A stretch of 64,000 bases of DNA from Cyanophora paradoxa CCMP329 (Eukaryota; Plantae; Glaucophyta): positions 248,001 through 312,000 of the forward strand of contig QPMI01000514.1 in the NCBI GenBank assembly GCA_004431415.1, given 5' to 3'. This document shows, one piece after another, positions 20,947 to 32,943 of this stretch. Numbering within the stretch: position 1 is the stretch's first letter; each line of letters begins with the position of its first letter. A model generated the notes under the pieces. The model worked only from the letters and a program-made list of their open reading frames with translations, was not told the origin of the DNA and made no database searches. Position numbers and translations under genes: made by a program.

Positions 20947-23772
20947 CGTCGGCCTCGAAAACATACTATTTGGCGCCTTGTCTCCGTCCCGTCTTCCTAA
21001 TCTTGTCGTCCTTCAGTGTTTCCCGATGCTTTGGATCGATGCTCTTTACCGTTTGCATTTCAAATTGTATCGTTTGGGCGAGCAACAGTCGCCCCGCCGT
21101 CGTTTCTGTCGGGTTTGTAATGACGGATCTGCTCGCTCTCACGCGCACGTTTTCTCTGAGTGCCCGCTTTCTCGTTCGTTCTGGGATTTCATTCGTGAGC
21201 GCCTGAATTTCTGGGCTTCTACTCTTCCACCGGATGAGCGTGAAGAGGTCGCAGTGCCTGACCTCTCTCTCTTCCACATCCTCTCGGTTCCGGATTTATC
21301 TGGACCCATTTTGCGCAGTAAAGTTAACCCCGCCTTCTGCCTTCGCTCACTTGGAGCGATCCTTGCTGGCGTATTTTCCATCCAACAGGTTGCTCGCGCT
21401 CGGTGCGATCTTGAGGAGGCTGACATTGATGCACCTTCTTACAACCGCGCCGCGCTTGTTGCCGCCTGGGACAGAAATATGTCGTACCTCGAGTTCACCC
21501 TTCCGCAGGCTTCGGCCTTGTTGGAGGAGCGGCGCGCTCGCTTGGCTGCTGCTGACGCTGATGATCAGGCTGCCTCGGATGATGACGCACATGATTCAGA
21601 GTCTGGTACCGGTTCTCATCGTTCTAGTTCAAGCTCTGATTCTGACTCGTCCGGCGCTCCTTCTTCGGGCGGTGCTGACAACCTCGTCTCTTCGCGTGAC
21701 ATCGATTCTGTCCTCCGGAATCCTGCGGAGTTTGCCGTTCGTGGGAATGTCCCGTTGGGGATCCCTGGTGGTCGCCCGCCTCCTGCGCCGTCCCCTCCTG
21801 CTCTGGCCCTGTAGTGACCCTTGGGCCCATTCCTATTCCTGCTCTCGCTGCCCCTCTCGACGCTCCTTTCCCCCATTCCCTGCGGTCCCGATCCCTGTGC
21901 TCCTTGGCCCTCTGGCCCCGCCTCTGCCTCCTCCCTCCTTACAACTTGCTGTCACGGGCCTCTTCACTTGCCTGTTCCCCGGCAGGTCCCTGGTCATCTT
22001 GCAGCTCCATACCCCTTCTTACCTCTTCCCCTTGCTCCTCCACTTCCGCCCTGCGAGGCCCTCTTTCTGACGTCCTCCTGGTTCAGCCCCTCTTCAGCCC
22101 ATCCTTCTTGCCCCGCTTCTGCAACTGTGACGCTGGGCGGCACTATCTTTTTGCATGCCCTACCGCCTCTACGTCCCCGGTCTCTTTGCATCTGCATCCA
22201 CTTTCCCGGATCCGCTTGCAGGCCCCTCGCCTCCAGAGCTCGCCATCACTTCGGCCTCCCTCGCCTCCGCTCTCGATTCTCCATACCCTTCGAATAGCCG
22301 CCTTCTCTCTCCTCCTCCGCCCTCCCTCCCCCCTCGAGCTCCGGGTCCTCGGCCTCTGCCCGCTTCCGAGTGTTGGCGAGACTGTCCTCTTTTCGGTCTC
22401 CCCGTCATTCCGGCTCCCTGCTCCCCTTCGGCGCCTCGGGTCCCATATGCGGGTCCTATCCCGCTTCCTGGCGCTCGTGAGATTCGCCGCCGGCGCCCTC
22501 GTCGGGCCCTTGCGCCCTCGAGCTCGTCTCTCTCTGCGCCGCCCATGGCCATGACCTCCGTGTCATCTGATCCGGCGCCACCCGACCTTTCTCCAGCTTC
22601 GCTGCCCTCTCTTCGGCGCCGGCAGCGATCCCCGTCACCTGCTCGCGGCCCTTCCCCTGCCTCCGACCCTTCCTCGGCCCCTCCTCGCCTAGGCCTCTTC
22701 CGTCTCGTCGGCCCCCGCCGCATTCCCGTCGGCGGATCTCTCGATCGACCCTGGACTCTCCGCCTGCCACTGTCTGCGGGGTACCTCCGCCGCCGTGTTC
22801 GGCGCCGGCTGTCAGTACTTTGCTCGGTAGCTCCCCGTCGTGGCTCCTCGGGGCCTCTTCGTCGTCGTCGTTCGCTGGGTTCCGGCTCCGGGTCAGATTT
22901 CTCGCCGGGCTTACCTTCTCCTGGCTCTGCTCCTGGGCCCTCAGCTCCGGGACCGGCTTCCCCGATCTCCTCCCGGACTCGTGGTCGTACCCGTCGCCGG
23001 CTTGCCGAGCCTGCGGCTCCTTCTACTTCCCCCGGCGGTTTGCCGGGCCGGACCCTCCGGCCTTTGTTCTTGATACCGGACTGCCGCCTTTGCCTTCGTC
23101 TTCTGCTTCGCTGGTCGCGATCGTATCCCGCCGGCGCCGGCGTACTTCTTCGTCTTCTAGTTTAGTTCGGTCTGGTTCGGATTCTGATCGTAGTGTTGAT
23201 GCTAGAGTTAGTTTCAATACTAGCTATAGTCCTCGTGCTCGACCTGTTGTTCGCCGTCGTTTGCAGTTCGATTGCCCGCCTCGACCCTGGCCGGCTTTAG
23301 TGATTCCTTTGACTGTCCTTTTGCCTGCTCTTGATCCGCCTGCTCCGCCTCCTGTGTCCTCCTCGACCTCGTGCCGTAGCTCTGCCCTTTCGCATCGTCC
23401 TGCTTCGCCTCCGCCTCCATGTCGTCTTGTTGTTCCTCTTACTTGTCTTCTTCCTGTTATTTATCTTTCTCAATTTTGTCCCCGCTTCTTAGTGATGTAA
23501 TTCCTTCTGATATTGATGGTATCTCTAGCTCTGGCTCTTCTTCGTGTCAGTTATCCTCTGTCCCTAGATCTGCTCGATTTATCGTCTCTTCTCGCTATCG
23601 ATCTGTCTCGAGCTCTGTGTCTTTCCTTTTTTATTGTCGATTTTGGCTCTTTGTCTTATCTTTCTTCGTGCTCTTGTCTTAGTTATTTTGCTTTTTTGTC
23701 TTTATGCCCCCTGGGCAGCCCCCGCAGTGCTGGTGTCTAGAGACTGTGGCCGGTAATTCACCAAAAAAAAAA
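20947..23772 (+). mobile_element. L1/Tx1-like LINE, 5'-truncated copy A
   Basis: From 20972 a near-identical reverse complement of 23830-26631; ends GGTAATTCACC+poly(A); flanked by 26-bp direct repeat TACTGCGCTACCAAATTACTGCGTTC (20921-20946, 23776-23801); about 25 extra nt at the 5' junction. Confidence 0.92.
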
Positions 23773-25787
23773 TAATACTGCGCTACCAAATTACTGCGTT
23801 CTAAAAATTTTGAGCGCAGTAATATGGTATTTTTTTTTGGTGAATTACCGGCCACAGTCTCTAGACACCAGCACTGCGGGGGCTGCCCAGGGGGCATAAA
23901 GACAAAAAAGCAAAATAACTAAGACAAGAGCACGAAGAAAGATAAGACAAAGAGCCAAAATCGACAATAAAAAAGGAAAGACACAGAGCTCGAGACAGAT
24001 CGATAGCGAGAAGAGACGATAAATCGAGCAGATCTAGGGACAGAGGATAACTGACACGAAGAAGAGCCAGAGCTAGAGATACCATCAATATCAGAAGGAA
24101 TTACATCACTAAGAAGCGGGGACAAAATTGAGAAAGATAAATAACAGGAAGAAGACAAGTAAGAGGAACAACAAGACGACATGGAGGCGGAGGCGAAGCA
24201 GGACGATGCGAAAGGGCAGAGCTACGGCACGAGGTCGAGGAGGACACAGGAGGCGGAGCAGGCGGATCAAGAGCAGGCAAAAGGACAGTCAAAGGAATCA
24301 CTAAAGCCGGCCAGGGTCGAGGCGGGCAATCGAACTGCAAACGACGGCGAACAACAGGTCGAGCACGAGGACTATAGCTAGTATTGAAACTAACTCTAGC
24401 ATCAACACTACGATCAGAATCCGAACCAGACCGAACTAAACTAGAAGACGAAGAAGTACGCCGGCGCCGGCGGGATACGATCGCGACCAGCGAAGCAGAA
24501 GACGAAGGCAAAGGCGGCAGTCCGGTATCAAGAACAAAGGCCGGAGGGTCCGGCCCGGCAAACCGCCGGGGGAAGTAGAAGGAGCCGCAGGCTCGGCAAG
24601 CCGGCGACGGGTACGACCACGAGTCCGGGAGGAGATCGGGGAAGCCGGTCCCGGAGCTGAGGGCCAGGAGCAGAGCCAGGAGAAGGTAAGCCCGGCGAGA
24701 AATCTGACCCGGAGCCGGAACCCAGCGAACGACGACGACGAAGAGGCCCCCGAGGAGCCACGACGGGGGAGCTACCGAGCAAAGTACTGACAGCCGGCGC
24801 CGAACACGGCGGCGGAGGTACCCCGCAGACAGTGGCAGGCGGAGAGTCCAGGGTCGATCGAGAGATCCGCCGACGGGAATGCGGCGGGGCCGACGAGACG
24901 GAAGAGGCCTAGGCGAGGAGGGGGCCGAGGAAGGGTCGGAGGCAGGGAAGGGCCGCGAGCAGGTGACGGGGATCGCTGCCGGCGCCGAAGAGAGGGCAGC
25001 GAAGCTGGAGAAAGGTCGGGTGGCGCCGGATCAGATGACACGGAGGTCATGGCCATGGGCGGCGCAGAGAGAGACGAGCTCGAGGCGCAAGGGCCCGACG
25101 AGGGCGCCGGCGGCGAATCTCACGAGCGCCAGGAAGCGGGATAGGACCCGCATATGGGACCCGAGGCGCCGAAGGGGAGCAGGGAGCCGGAATGACGGGG
25201 AGACCGAAAAGAGGACAGTCTCGCCAACACTCGGAAGCGGGGCAGAGGCCGAGGACCCGGAGCTCGAGGGGGGAGGGAGGGCGGAGGAGGAGAGAGAAGG
25301 CGGCTATTCGAAGGGTATGGAGAATCGAGAGCGGAGGCGAGGGAGGCCGAAGTGATGGCGAGCTCTGGAGGCGAGGGGCCTGCAAGCGGATCCGGGAAAG
25401 TGGATGCAGATGCAAAGAGACCGGGGACGTAGAGGCGGTAGGGGCATGCAAAAAGATAGTGCCGCCCAGCGTCACAGTTGCAGAAGCGGGGCAAGAAGGA
25501 TGGGCTGAAGAGGGGCTGAACCAGGAGGACGTCAGAAAGAGGGCCTCGCAGGGCGGAAGTGGAGGAGCAAGGGAAGAGGTAAGAAGGGGTATGGAGCTGC
25601 AAGATGACCAGGGACCTGCCGGGGAACAGGCAAGTGAAGAGGCCCCGTGACAGCAAGTTGTAAGGAGGGAGGAGGCAGAGGCGGGGCCAGAGGGCCAAGG
25701 AGCACAGGGATCGGGACCGCAGGGAATGGGGGAAAGGAGCGTCGAGAGGGGCAGCGAGAGCAGGAATAGGAATGGGCCCAAGGGTCA

Positions 25788-28700
25788 CTACAGGGGCCAG
25801 AGCAGGAGGGGACGGCGCAGGAGGCGGGCGACCACCAGGGATCCCCAACGGGACATTCCCACGAACGGCAAACTCCGCAGGATTCCGGAGGACAGAATCG
25901 ATGTCACGCGAAGAGACGAGGTTGTCAGCACCGCCCGAAGAAGGAGCGCCGGACGAGTCAGAATCAGAGCTTGAACTAGAACGATGAGAACCGGTACCAG
26001 ACTCTGAATCATGTGCGTCATCATCCGAGGCAGCCTGATCATCAGCGTCAGCAGCAGCCAAGCGAGCGCGCCGCTCCTCCAACAAGGCCGAAGCCTGCGG
26101 AAGGGTGAACTCGAGGTACGACATATTTCTGTCCCAGGCGGCAACAAGCGCGGCGCGGTTGTAAGAAGGTGCATCAATGTCAGCCTCCTCAAGATCGCAC
26201 CGAGCGCGAGCAACCTGTTGGATGGAAAATACGCCAGCAAGGATCGCTCCAAGTGAGCGAAGGCAGAAGGCGGGGTTAACTTTACTGCGCAAAATGGGTC
26301 CAGATAAATCCGGAACCGAGAGGATGTGGAAGAGAGAGAGGTCAGGCACTGCGACCTCTTCACGCTCATCCGGTGGAAGAGTAGAAGCCCAGAAATTCAG
26401 GCGCTCACGAATGAAATCCCAGAACGAACGAGAAAGCGGGCACTCAGAGAAAACGTGCGCGTGAGAGCGAGCAGATCCGTCATGACAAACCCGACAGAAA
26501 CGACGGCGGGGCGACTGTTGCTCGCCCAAACGATACAATTTGAAATGCAAACGGTAAAGAGCATCGATCCAAAGCATCGGGAAACACTGAAGGACGACAA
26601 GATTAGGAAGACGGGACGGAGACAAGGCGCCGGGAAACCCCCACTTAGCATCGGGCATCTGAGCGTGGCTAGACACATCGCGAAGCCGCTGGACCTCAAG
26701 GCAGTAGAAGCGACGAACAGAGGAGAGGCGGAGAGGGAGCATACGAGCGAAAGTGAACGCAAGATTATCAAGAGAAAGAAAGGCCGAAGGACCTGCGCCA
26801 AGAACAAAAAGGCCAGGCAGGGTCCCGCGACGAAAAGAGAGGAAGACAGCGCTGAAGCAAACATGCAGCGGGAGCAAACGGGACAGAATTGAATTGGAGC
26901 TCGAGGATAGGCCCACAGGGTGGGAAGCCGCAGGGCGGCAAGGAACGCGCGGTACGTAGTCCAGCACCCGTGGAATTATCTGGTTATCGCGAACGGGGAA
27001 GGCAACAAAAGTACCACTTGGGCCTCGAAGGAGAGCAAACGAGGCGTCCGGTCCGGACCACCAGAGATGCTGAGGCGGCGGTGCAGGGCCTCGAGAACCT
27101 GGCGCCAAGTAGCCGGGAGCGCAGAGCACAGACTAGGGAAAAAGGAGTGGAGGGCGGAGGAGGCAGCTGCTGGAGCCCGGAACCCCGGGCAGCACAATCC
27201 CAGATATCGCAGACCCGCAGCAAGCCGGACCGTGCACAGCGACTCCAGTCGACCTCGTCGCCGGGAGTACTGAACAGAGGATTGAAGAAAAGAGGTTGGG
27301 ATAACACTTCGGGAGAGTTACGAGGTTGACACACGCCCTGGCGCTGAGCCCACTCGGAGAGAGTCTGCTTCCAAATAGGAGGCAAGTCAAGTCTGTCAAG
27401 TGGGAGGCGGAGCGAGACAAGGGCGGGGCCATAGGAAAAAGGTGCCAGCTGAGCGTCCAGTTTGCTCAAGAGGTACTCCTTCCAAGGAGCCGAACAAGAG
27501 GGGTCAGCGAGCAAGGCCACCCACTTCATTTTCAGCGATAACGAAAAAGCTCGAATATCCGGGCAGTTGAGACCACCTTGACGCCACGGCAGAGGAGAAA
27601 TATACTTCGAAAGCTGCCCGCTCACGCCAGCAAAAGCGCGAAGCTTCTCTTGCCATGTCGAATACTGAGCATCAGGGGGTCAAGCAAATATAGAGCATAA
27701 TGTAGGGACCCAATAAATACAGCCCAGGCAAGGAGAACGCCGGAACGCATCGGCATGCGATAAGTCTTCGCTTGCTGGACACGGATATCAAGAGCAGCGT
27801 TCTTTTTCCGCCAGAACCGAGACAGATCGGGCTCTAGTGGAAAGCCCAGGTATTTTCGAATTTTTTCAGCGGGAGGGAGATCCGTCACCTGAAGACGCCG
27901 CCAGGGCAGTCCTCGACGCTAGGCCAGGCATGTGCGGGATATCGCGGAGTGGAAGAAGGCTAGATTTCTCGAGATTAATAAGAGCTCCAGAGAGCCGGCA
28001 GTATTTATCAAAGCACTCTTTCCAGAAAGGCAATTCGGTAAAAGACGAGATTAAAGGAACAGTGTCGTCTGCAAACTGGAGCACCTTGCAAAGAGAGCTA
28101 GAGGACAAGCGGACACCTCGTATACGAGCATCAGCATTAATCAAAAGGGCTAAAAGGTGTGTGCACAAATTATATAGATAGGGCGAAAGGGGCCACCCTG
28201 ACGTACACCGCATCGAATGGGGAAAGGGGCGGAGGTCCAGCCGTTAATGTGAACAGAACCCTGCAGATCAGAGTAGAGCAGGCGGACCCACTTGATAAAT
28301 TGGGACCCGAAACCGAACTGTTCGAGCGACCAGAAAAGGAAGCTCCAGTTAACGCGGTCATAGGCTTTTGAAAATCAAGAAATCCGAAGCACAGCTGTTC
28401 GAGTGCAGGATTACCGCCCTCGTAATGCATGAGAAGATAAACAAGCATAACCTGGTGCACTGCGGACCGACGATGAATAAAGCCAGACTGAAAGCGGGAT
28501 ACAAGACCAGACATGAGTGGCGTTAAGCGGTTGGAGAGGGCGCGCTCGACTGCACGCTCTTCGACATTAGAGAGAGAAATTGGGCGGCGATTTGCAATCA
28601 AAGTAGGGTCCGTTGCCGGTTTAGTAATAGGAGTAATGAGGACGTGCCGCAAAGACTCGGACGGCTGCCCAGACTCATACATAGCAGCGATGTAAGCACA

Positions 28701-30271
28701 GAAATCGGGCCAATCTCATCAAAAAAGTGAACGTAGAATTCAGCAGGGAGACCATCGATGCCAGGAGACTTGGCTCCGCCAGACATCTCCTTAAAAGCAC
28801 GAAATAGTTCTCCAGACGATAAGTCAGAGTCAAGATCAGCAGACTCAGTAGGGAGCAGGCGGTGAGGGGAATAGAGAGAGGCAACGCCAGACCGCTCAGC
28901 TAGCGACCGATCAACCACGGCCTGAGCTGCAGCGCCGTCATATAGTTGAGCGTAATAGGCGGAAGAAAGCTCGAGCAAAGTGCGGGGGTCGTCCGACGCG
29001 GCCTCTGGGCCTTCGGTGTCGAGGGCCCGAAGCCCCTCCGTGAACTGAGCATGAGAATCCGGTAAATAATGCTCAAAAAAAGCTTTACTAGACCGTCCAT
29101 CTTGAGTTGCGGCAAAACGAATTTCTTTGCGTGAATGCTGTCTGGCATAGTCAGACACAAGCGAATTCAAGCTGCGCATCATAGAAGTGCGCAGTGTACG
29201 GAAAGCGACATCATCAATAGAGCCAGCGGCGTGGCGACGGATGAGAGCCTCGAGAGCTCGAACAGCGGAGATGTAAGCGTCCTTCCGCCTGCGCTTCTCA
29301 TCAAGCTCCCAGGCCCGAACACGACGCTGGAGCTCGGATTTGAGGGCGTCCCACCGACGGACGCGATCTGTAACTAATGGCCACGCGGCGCGCCAGTCAC
29401 GAATTATAGTAGAAATGAAACCAGAATATTCCGGGCATGTGCCATACGCCGCCCAGTTCATGCGCCAGCGACCGGGGCCACGGCGAGAGATTCCGGGGCT
29501 TTAAGTGTGAGATAGATGCCTATATGATCAGAATTGCGTGGCTCGCCGACTGCAGAGTAAGCCGTCCACGGCCGAAGCGAGACGGCCCAATCGCGGAGGG
29601 AGGACGAGAGGAAAAAATAATCGAGCCGGGACTCAATCGTCCCGCCCGCCGGCCGCGGCCGGCTCCAGGTTTTAAAGCACGCTCTAGTGTGAGGCCCGGC
29701 ATCGAAAAGGCCATAACGAGCTCGGATCAACTCAAAGGCGTCGGGGGAGGGGTTCCACGACTAGGGCCGGGAGCATCAGAGGGAGCTCGTGGAAATTAAA
29801 ATCTCCTCCTAAGATGAGGCGGCTGTCGAAAGGAACCACGGACTCGAGAGTATAAAGAAGAGTTTCATAGAAACCGCGACGCTCGGAATCATCTGTAGGA
29901 GCATATACATTGCAAAAATAAATGGGACCAAATTTGGTCTCGAACAAGAAAAGTTGAAGTCGAGGACTATCAGCTGGAGTCAACAACCGAATTTGAAAAG
30001 GGGAATCACCAGGAAAGAGAGCGGCGACCCCCTGAGTGGCCTGACCACTAGGGTTATGAGACCAAAAAGAGGGGGCCGATCCCCAGGCGCGCGCGAGGCG
30101 CTTGGATAATGAGGAAGAAGAAACATGAGTCTCCTGCAGGAACACAGCTGAATGCCGCGCACTATCGCGGAGGCAATCAAAGAGAAAAGAACGATAAGAT
30201 TTGCCTAATACATCATGAAAAGCTCGATCTAGTTTGCCTGCTACGTTCAGAGAAAGAAACCTAAACGTCAT
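25788..30271 (-). CDS. LINE ORF2: AP endonuclease + reverse transcriptase + C-terminal Cys/His motif, broken by several 1-nt frameshifts
   Basis: SLNVAG, FLQETH, NVYAP, GGDFN, SRLDYF, SDH (APE); KSPGIDGLPAEFY, RPISLSN, QSGF, LDFQK, LSPYLY, QFADDT, KYLG (RT); CRVCH...HVFSEC. Confidence 0.93.
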
Positions 30272-30402
30272 TTACGGGGGTGGTGCAGCTCGAGGGACAA
30301 AGCCCAAGAGCCGGAAGAGAAAACGAGGGCCGGGGCGAGGGGAGGGCCGAGGGATCAACCCCGCCGCGATACGCAGCGGGAATCGATGGGGGCCCGAACG
30401 CC

Positions 30403-31532
30403 TCACGCCGATCCCGAGGGGACGCAGCAGCGGCCTGCAAGATCGAGAAAGTCATGCAAGAGAGAAAGAGAGGAGATCGGATCGATTGCGAGGGGCGGGC
30501 CATGAGGCCGGAAAAGGCCATGAGGCCATCGAGAGTACGAATTGCAAAAGCGAACCTGCGCAGCGCGCTGCAGGTCCTCCTTCCACGGGAAGATGATGTC
30601 GAAGTTGATGGGGTCGTTAGGCCGGCGCATGATCGCGCTGGGGCCGGTCTGGTCGGTCCAGTTCTCGCCGTTGTACTGCTCCAGGGAGCGCGAGCGGCCG
30701 CTGATCGTGACGCCCGTGCGGGTGTGCGGGGCGTGCTCGGAATGCTGCGCGCTGTGACAGCCCGGCCGGTTGCAGAACGCCCAGCTGCCGCTGATCTGAA
30801 CTGTCTCATTGCCGAACTTGTGAGAGAAAGGCAACCGCGCCTGACTGGCGACGGCGGGACCTCCGAGAGAAACACTTTGATCCAGACGCTGTTGCCATTG
30901 ATGCGATGAACTTTGGACGGGCTGAAGCCGCGCTGCACGAGCCAGTTGGAAAAGACACTATGCGCATTGGAGGGAGCTGAATAGAAAGGGCCGAAGCTGA
31001 CGGAGGGATCGCGGAAGCCGGCCTCGCGCGCGGCCTTCGAATCCAGAGGCGGCGGGGGGGCGCCGTTCGCATCGGCCGGAAGCTGAGTGAAGTCGAGGAC
31101 GGGAAGGTACTGGAGCGCTGATTTGCGGAGCAGCTTCTCGGCTGCATCACCGTGCACCGCCTCGATGGTGAGCAGGAGTGCGCTATTCCCGTAGCAGCAC
31201 ACTGCCACGGGGGGGTCGAGGCTAGCCAAGCAGTCGGCTACGCTGTGACGAATCTGGGTTCTGCTGGGCCCCTCGGACAGCGCGCGGAGGGCGTTGGACT
31301 GAGAGGTCGGGGCGGTCAAGCTGAAATATCTGACCGTCTGGCTATAAAGCTGCGCGGGGTCGATTCGGCTCGAACAGCTCGGGCTGATGGTACTAGGGAA
31401 CTGGGCGGCGAATACTGCCGCGGCCGCAGCTACCGGGGGCCGAAAAGTCGGACGACTTCGCATGGGGCCGCGGGCGGGCCCGCCTCCCGGACGACGGGCC
31501 GCTGGGGACACACCGGGGACGAAAGCTAACAT
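30403..31532 (-). CDS. LINE ORF1 (one probable frameshift)
   Basis: ATG 43 nt inside the element 5' end, upstream of ORF2; Cys/His cluster CNRPGCHSAQHSEH in the continuing frame 30403-30834. Confidence 0.7.
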
Positions 31533-31973
31533 GTGGCTGAGGCTGGGGAGGCAGGAAGGTGGAAGACAAGGCGATCGCAGTAATATGGTAGCGCAGTAGT
31601 TATGTCAGCGCGGTAATTAAGTATTACACGGTACAGCCTGTACAGCTCGGTACAGCCTATAGCTACCGTAGTACAGGCTACAGCGGTAGTACAGCCTACA
31701 GCCTACAGGTGCGGCTGAGGTGCCCCGCGGCCGCCGGGCGGCGCCGGCGTGCGCATGCCCGCCGCGGCCGGCGCCCGGGGCCCCGGGCCACCCCGGTCTC
31801 CGAAGGGACACGCCATGTGACGATTCACTGACGAATGGTCACGACTCACGACTCATGAATCGAGTCATGATCACGAATCGATTTTTTTCGTTTAATCATG
31901 ATTGAGTGATCATGAGTCGCCGTCGACTCGCCGAGTGGGATCGATCATCGGTGACATCGGATATCGATCGATA

Positions 31974-32183
31974 CCGCACTTAATTATTGCGCCCCCGAAA
32001 TAATGCGTTTAACGCTGGCAAAACGCATTAGTTTAATTGGGGGCGCATTAATATCGAAGCGCTGAGCCGGCGCTAAGAAAACTGCGTTATGTACCCCCCT
32101 CACGCAGCCAGAAGGCTTCAAAGGGTCCAAGTCCAAAAACGCATTAATTGTAATTACTGGCGCATTACTTAAGTGTTTTACGG
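31974..32183. mobile_element. Tc1/mariner/pogo-like MITE
   Basis: Imperfect TIRs CCGCACTTAATTATTGCGCC ... GGCGCATTACTTAAGTGTTTTACGG, flanked by TA on both sides; AT-rich and noncoding. Confidence 0.55.
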
Positions 32184-32943
32184 TATCGCCGAGTCGACGC
32201 CGACTCGACGCCGAGTCGCCGACTCGACGCCGAGTCGCCGACGACTCGCCGTCCGGTCACGGCGTCGACTCGCCGTCGATCGCGAGTCGTCGACTCGCGA
32301 TCGTCGCCGCAGCCGAGCTCGAGTCGAATCTCCGCAGTCGATTCGATCGGAGGCTTCGGAGCCGCACTGCAGCGGCAGTGCAGCCTGCAGGCGGCATGCG
32401 CAGCCTGCAGGCTGCAGGCTGCTGATGATGCGCAGGCGCCGGCCCGGCCACACCGTTACAAAAAAAAGTCCACACCGTGCCATCATCGATATCACTACTC
32501 CGAGCAGTGAGTCATCGACTCGGTCATCGAGTCATCGCCGGCGATTCGCCGCCCATGTGCCATGTGGGCCCCGATGATGTGGGCCATCCGGCCATGTGGC
32601 CACTGGCCAATGGCCATGTCCACATGGGCGACGAAATGGTGAAAACTCGTGATCGATCGCATAATCGGCCCCGGGGCCCGGGGTACCGGTACATACGCGG
32701 AGGAGGTGGTTTGCAGCTGCGCGCGCGCTGCTGCGGTACCGGTACGTAGGCGGCGGTAGCGCCGGTAGCTATATGTTTCTAGTATAAGATCGGACGACTA
32801 TACGGCTCGACTCTAAGCTTTCGTAGCAGCCAGGAAGCTTTCGTAGGCGCTCCTTGCATCAAGCGGGCGCGCCCAACGTTCCCGGCGGCGCGGGGCAGCT
32901 GCTCCGGCGTGGCGCGACGGCGGAGCGGAGCGAGCTCTCTGGG

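Larger units (their letters stand above)
23830..31575 (-). mobile_element. L1/Tx1-like LINE, full-length copy B (about 7.7 kb)
   Basis: Poly(A) tail; 15-bp TSD CGCAGTAATATGGTA (23815-23829, 31576-31590); ORF1, ORF2 (APE-RT-Cys/His motif) and about 2 kb of 3' region. Confidence 0.95.

Noticed and set aside
9941-31532. Frameshifts in Gypsy and LINE ORFs as programmed recoding or old decay
   Set aside because: Mostly single-base changes in homopolymers within elements that have identical LTRs or near-identical copies; sequencing error is more parsimonious, though unproven.
32185-32620. GTCGAC/GACTCG-rich palindromic tract upstream of PhyX3 as an ncRNA
   Set aside because: No recognisable family or boundaries; could be a degenerate MITE or product of the palindrome-forming process.
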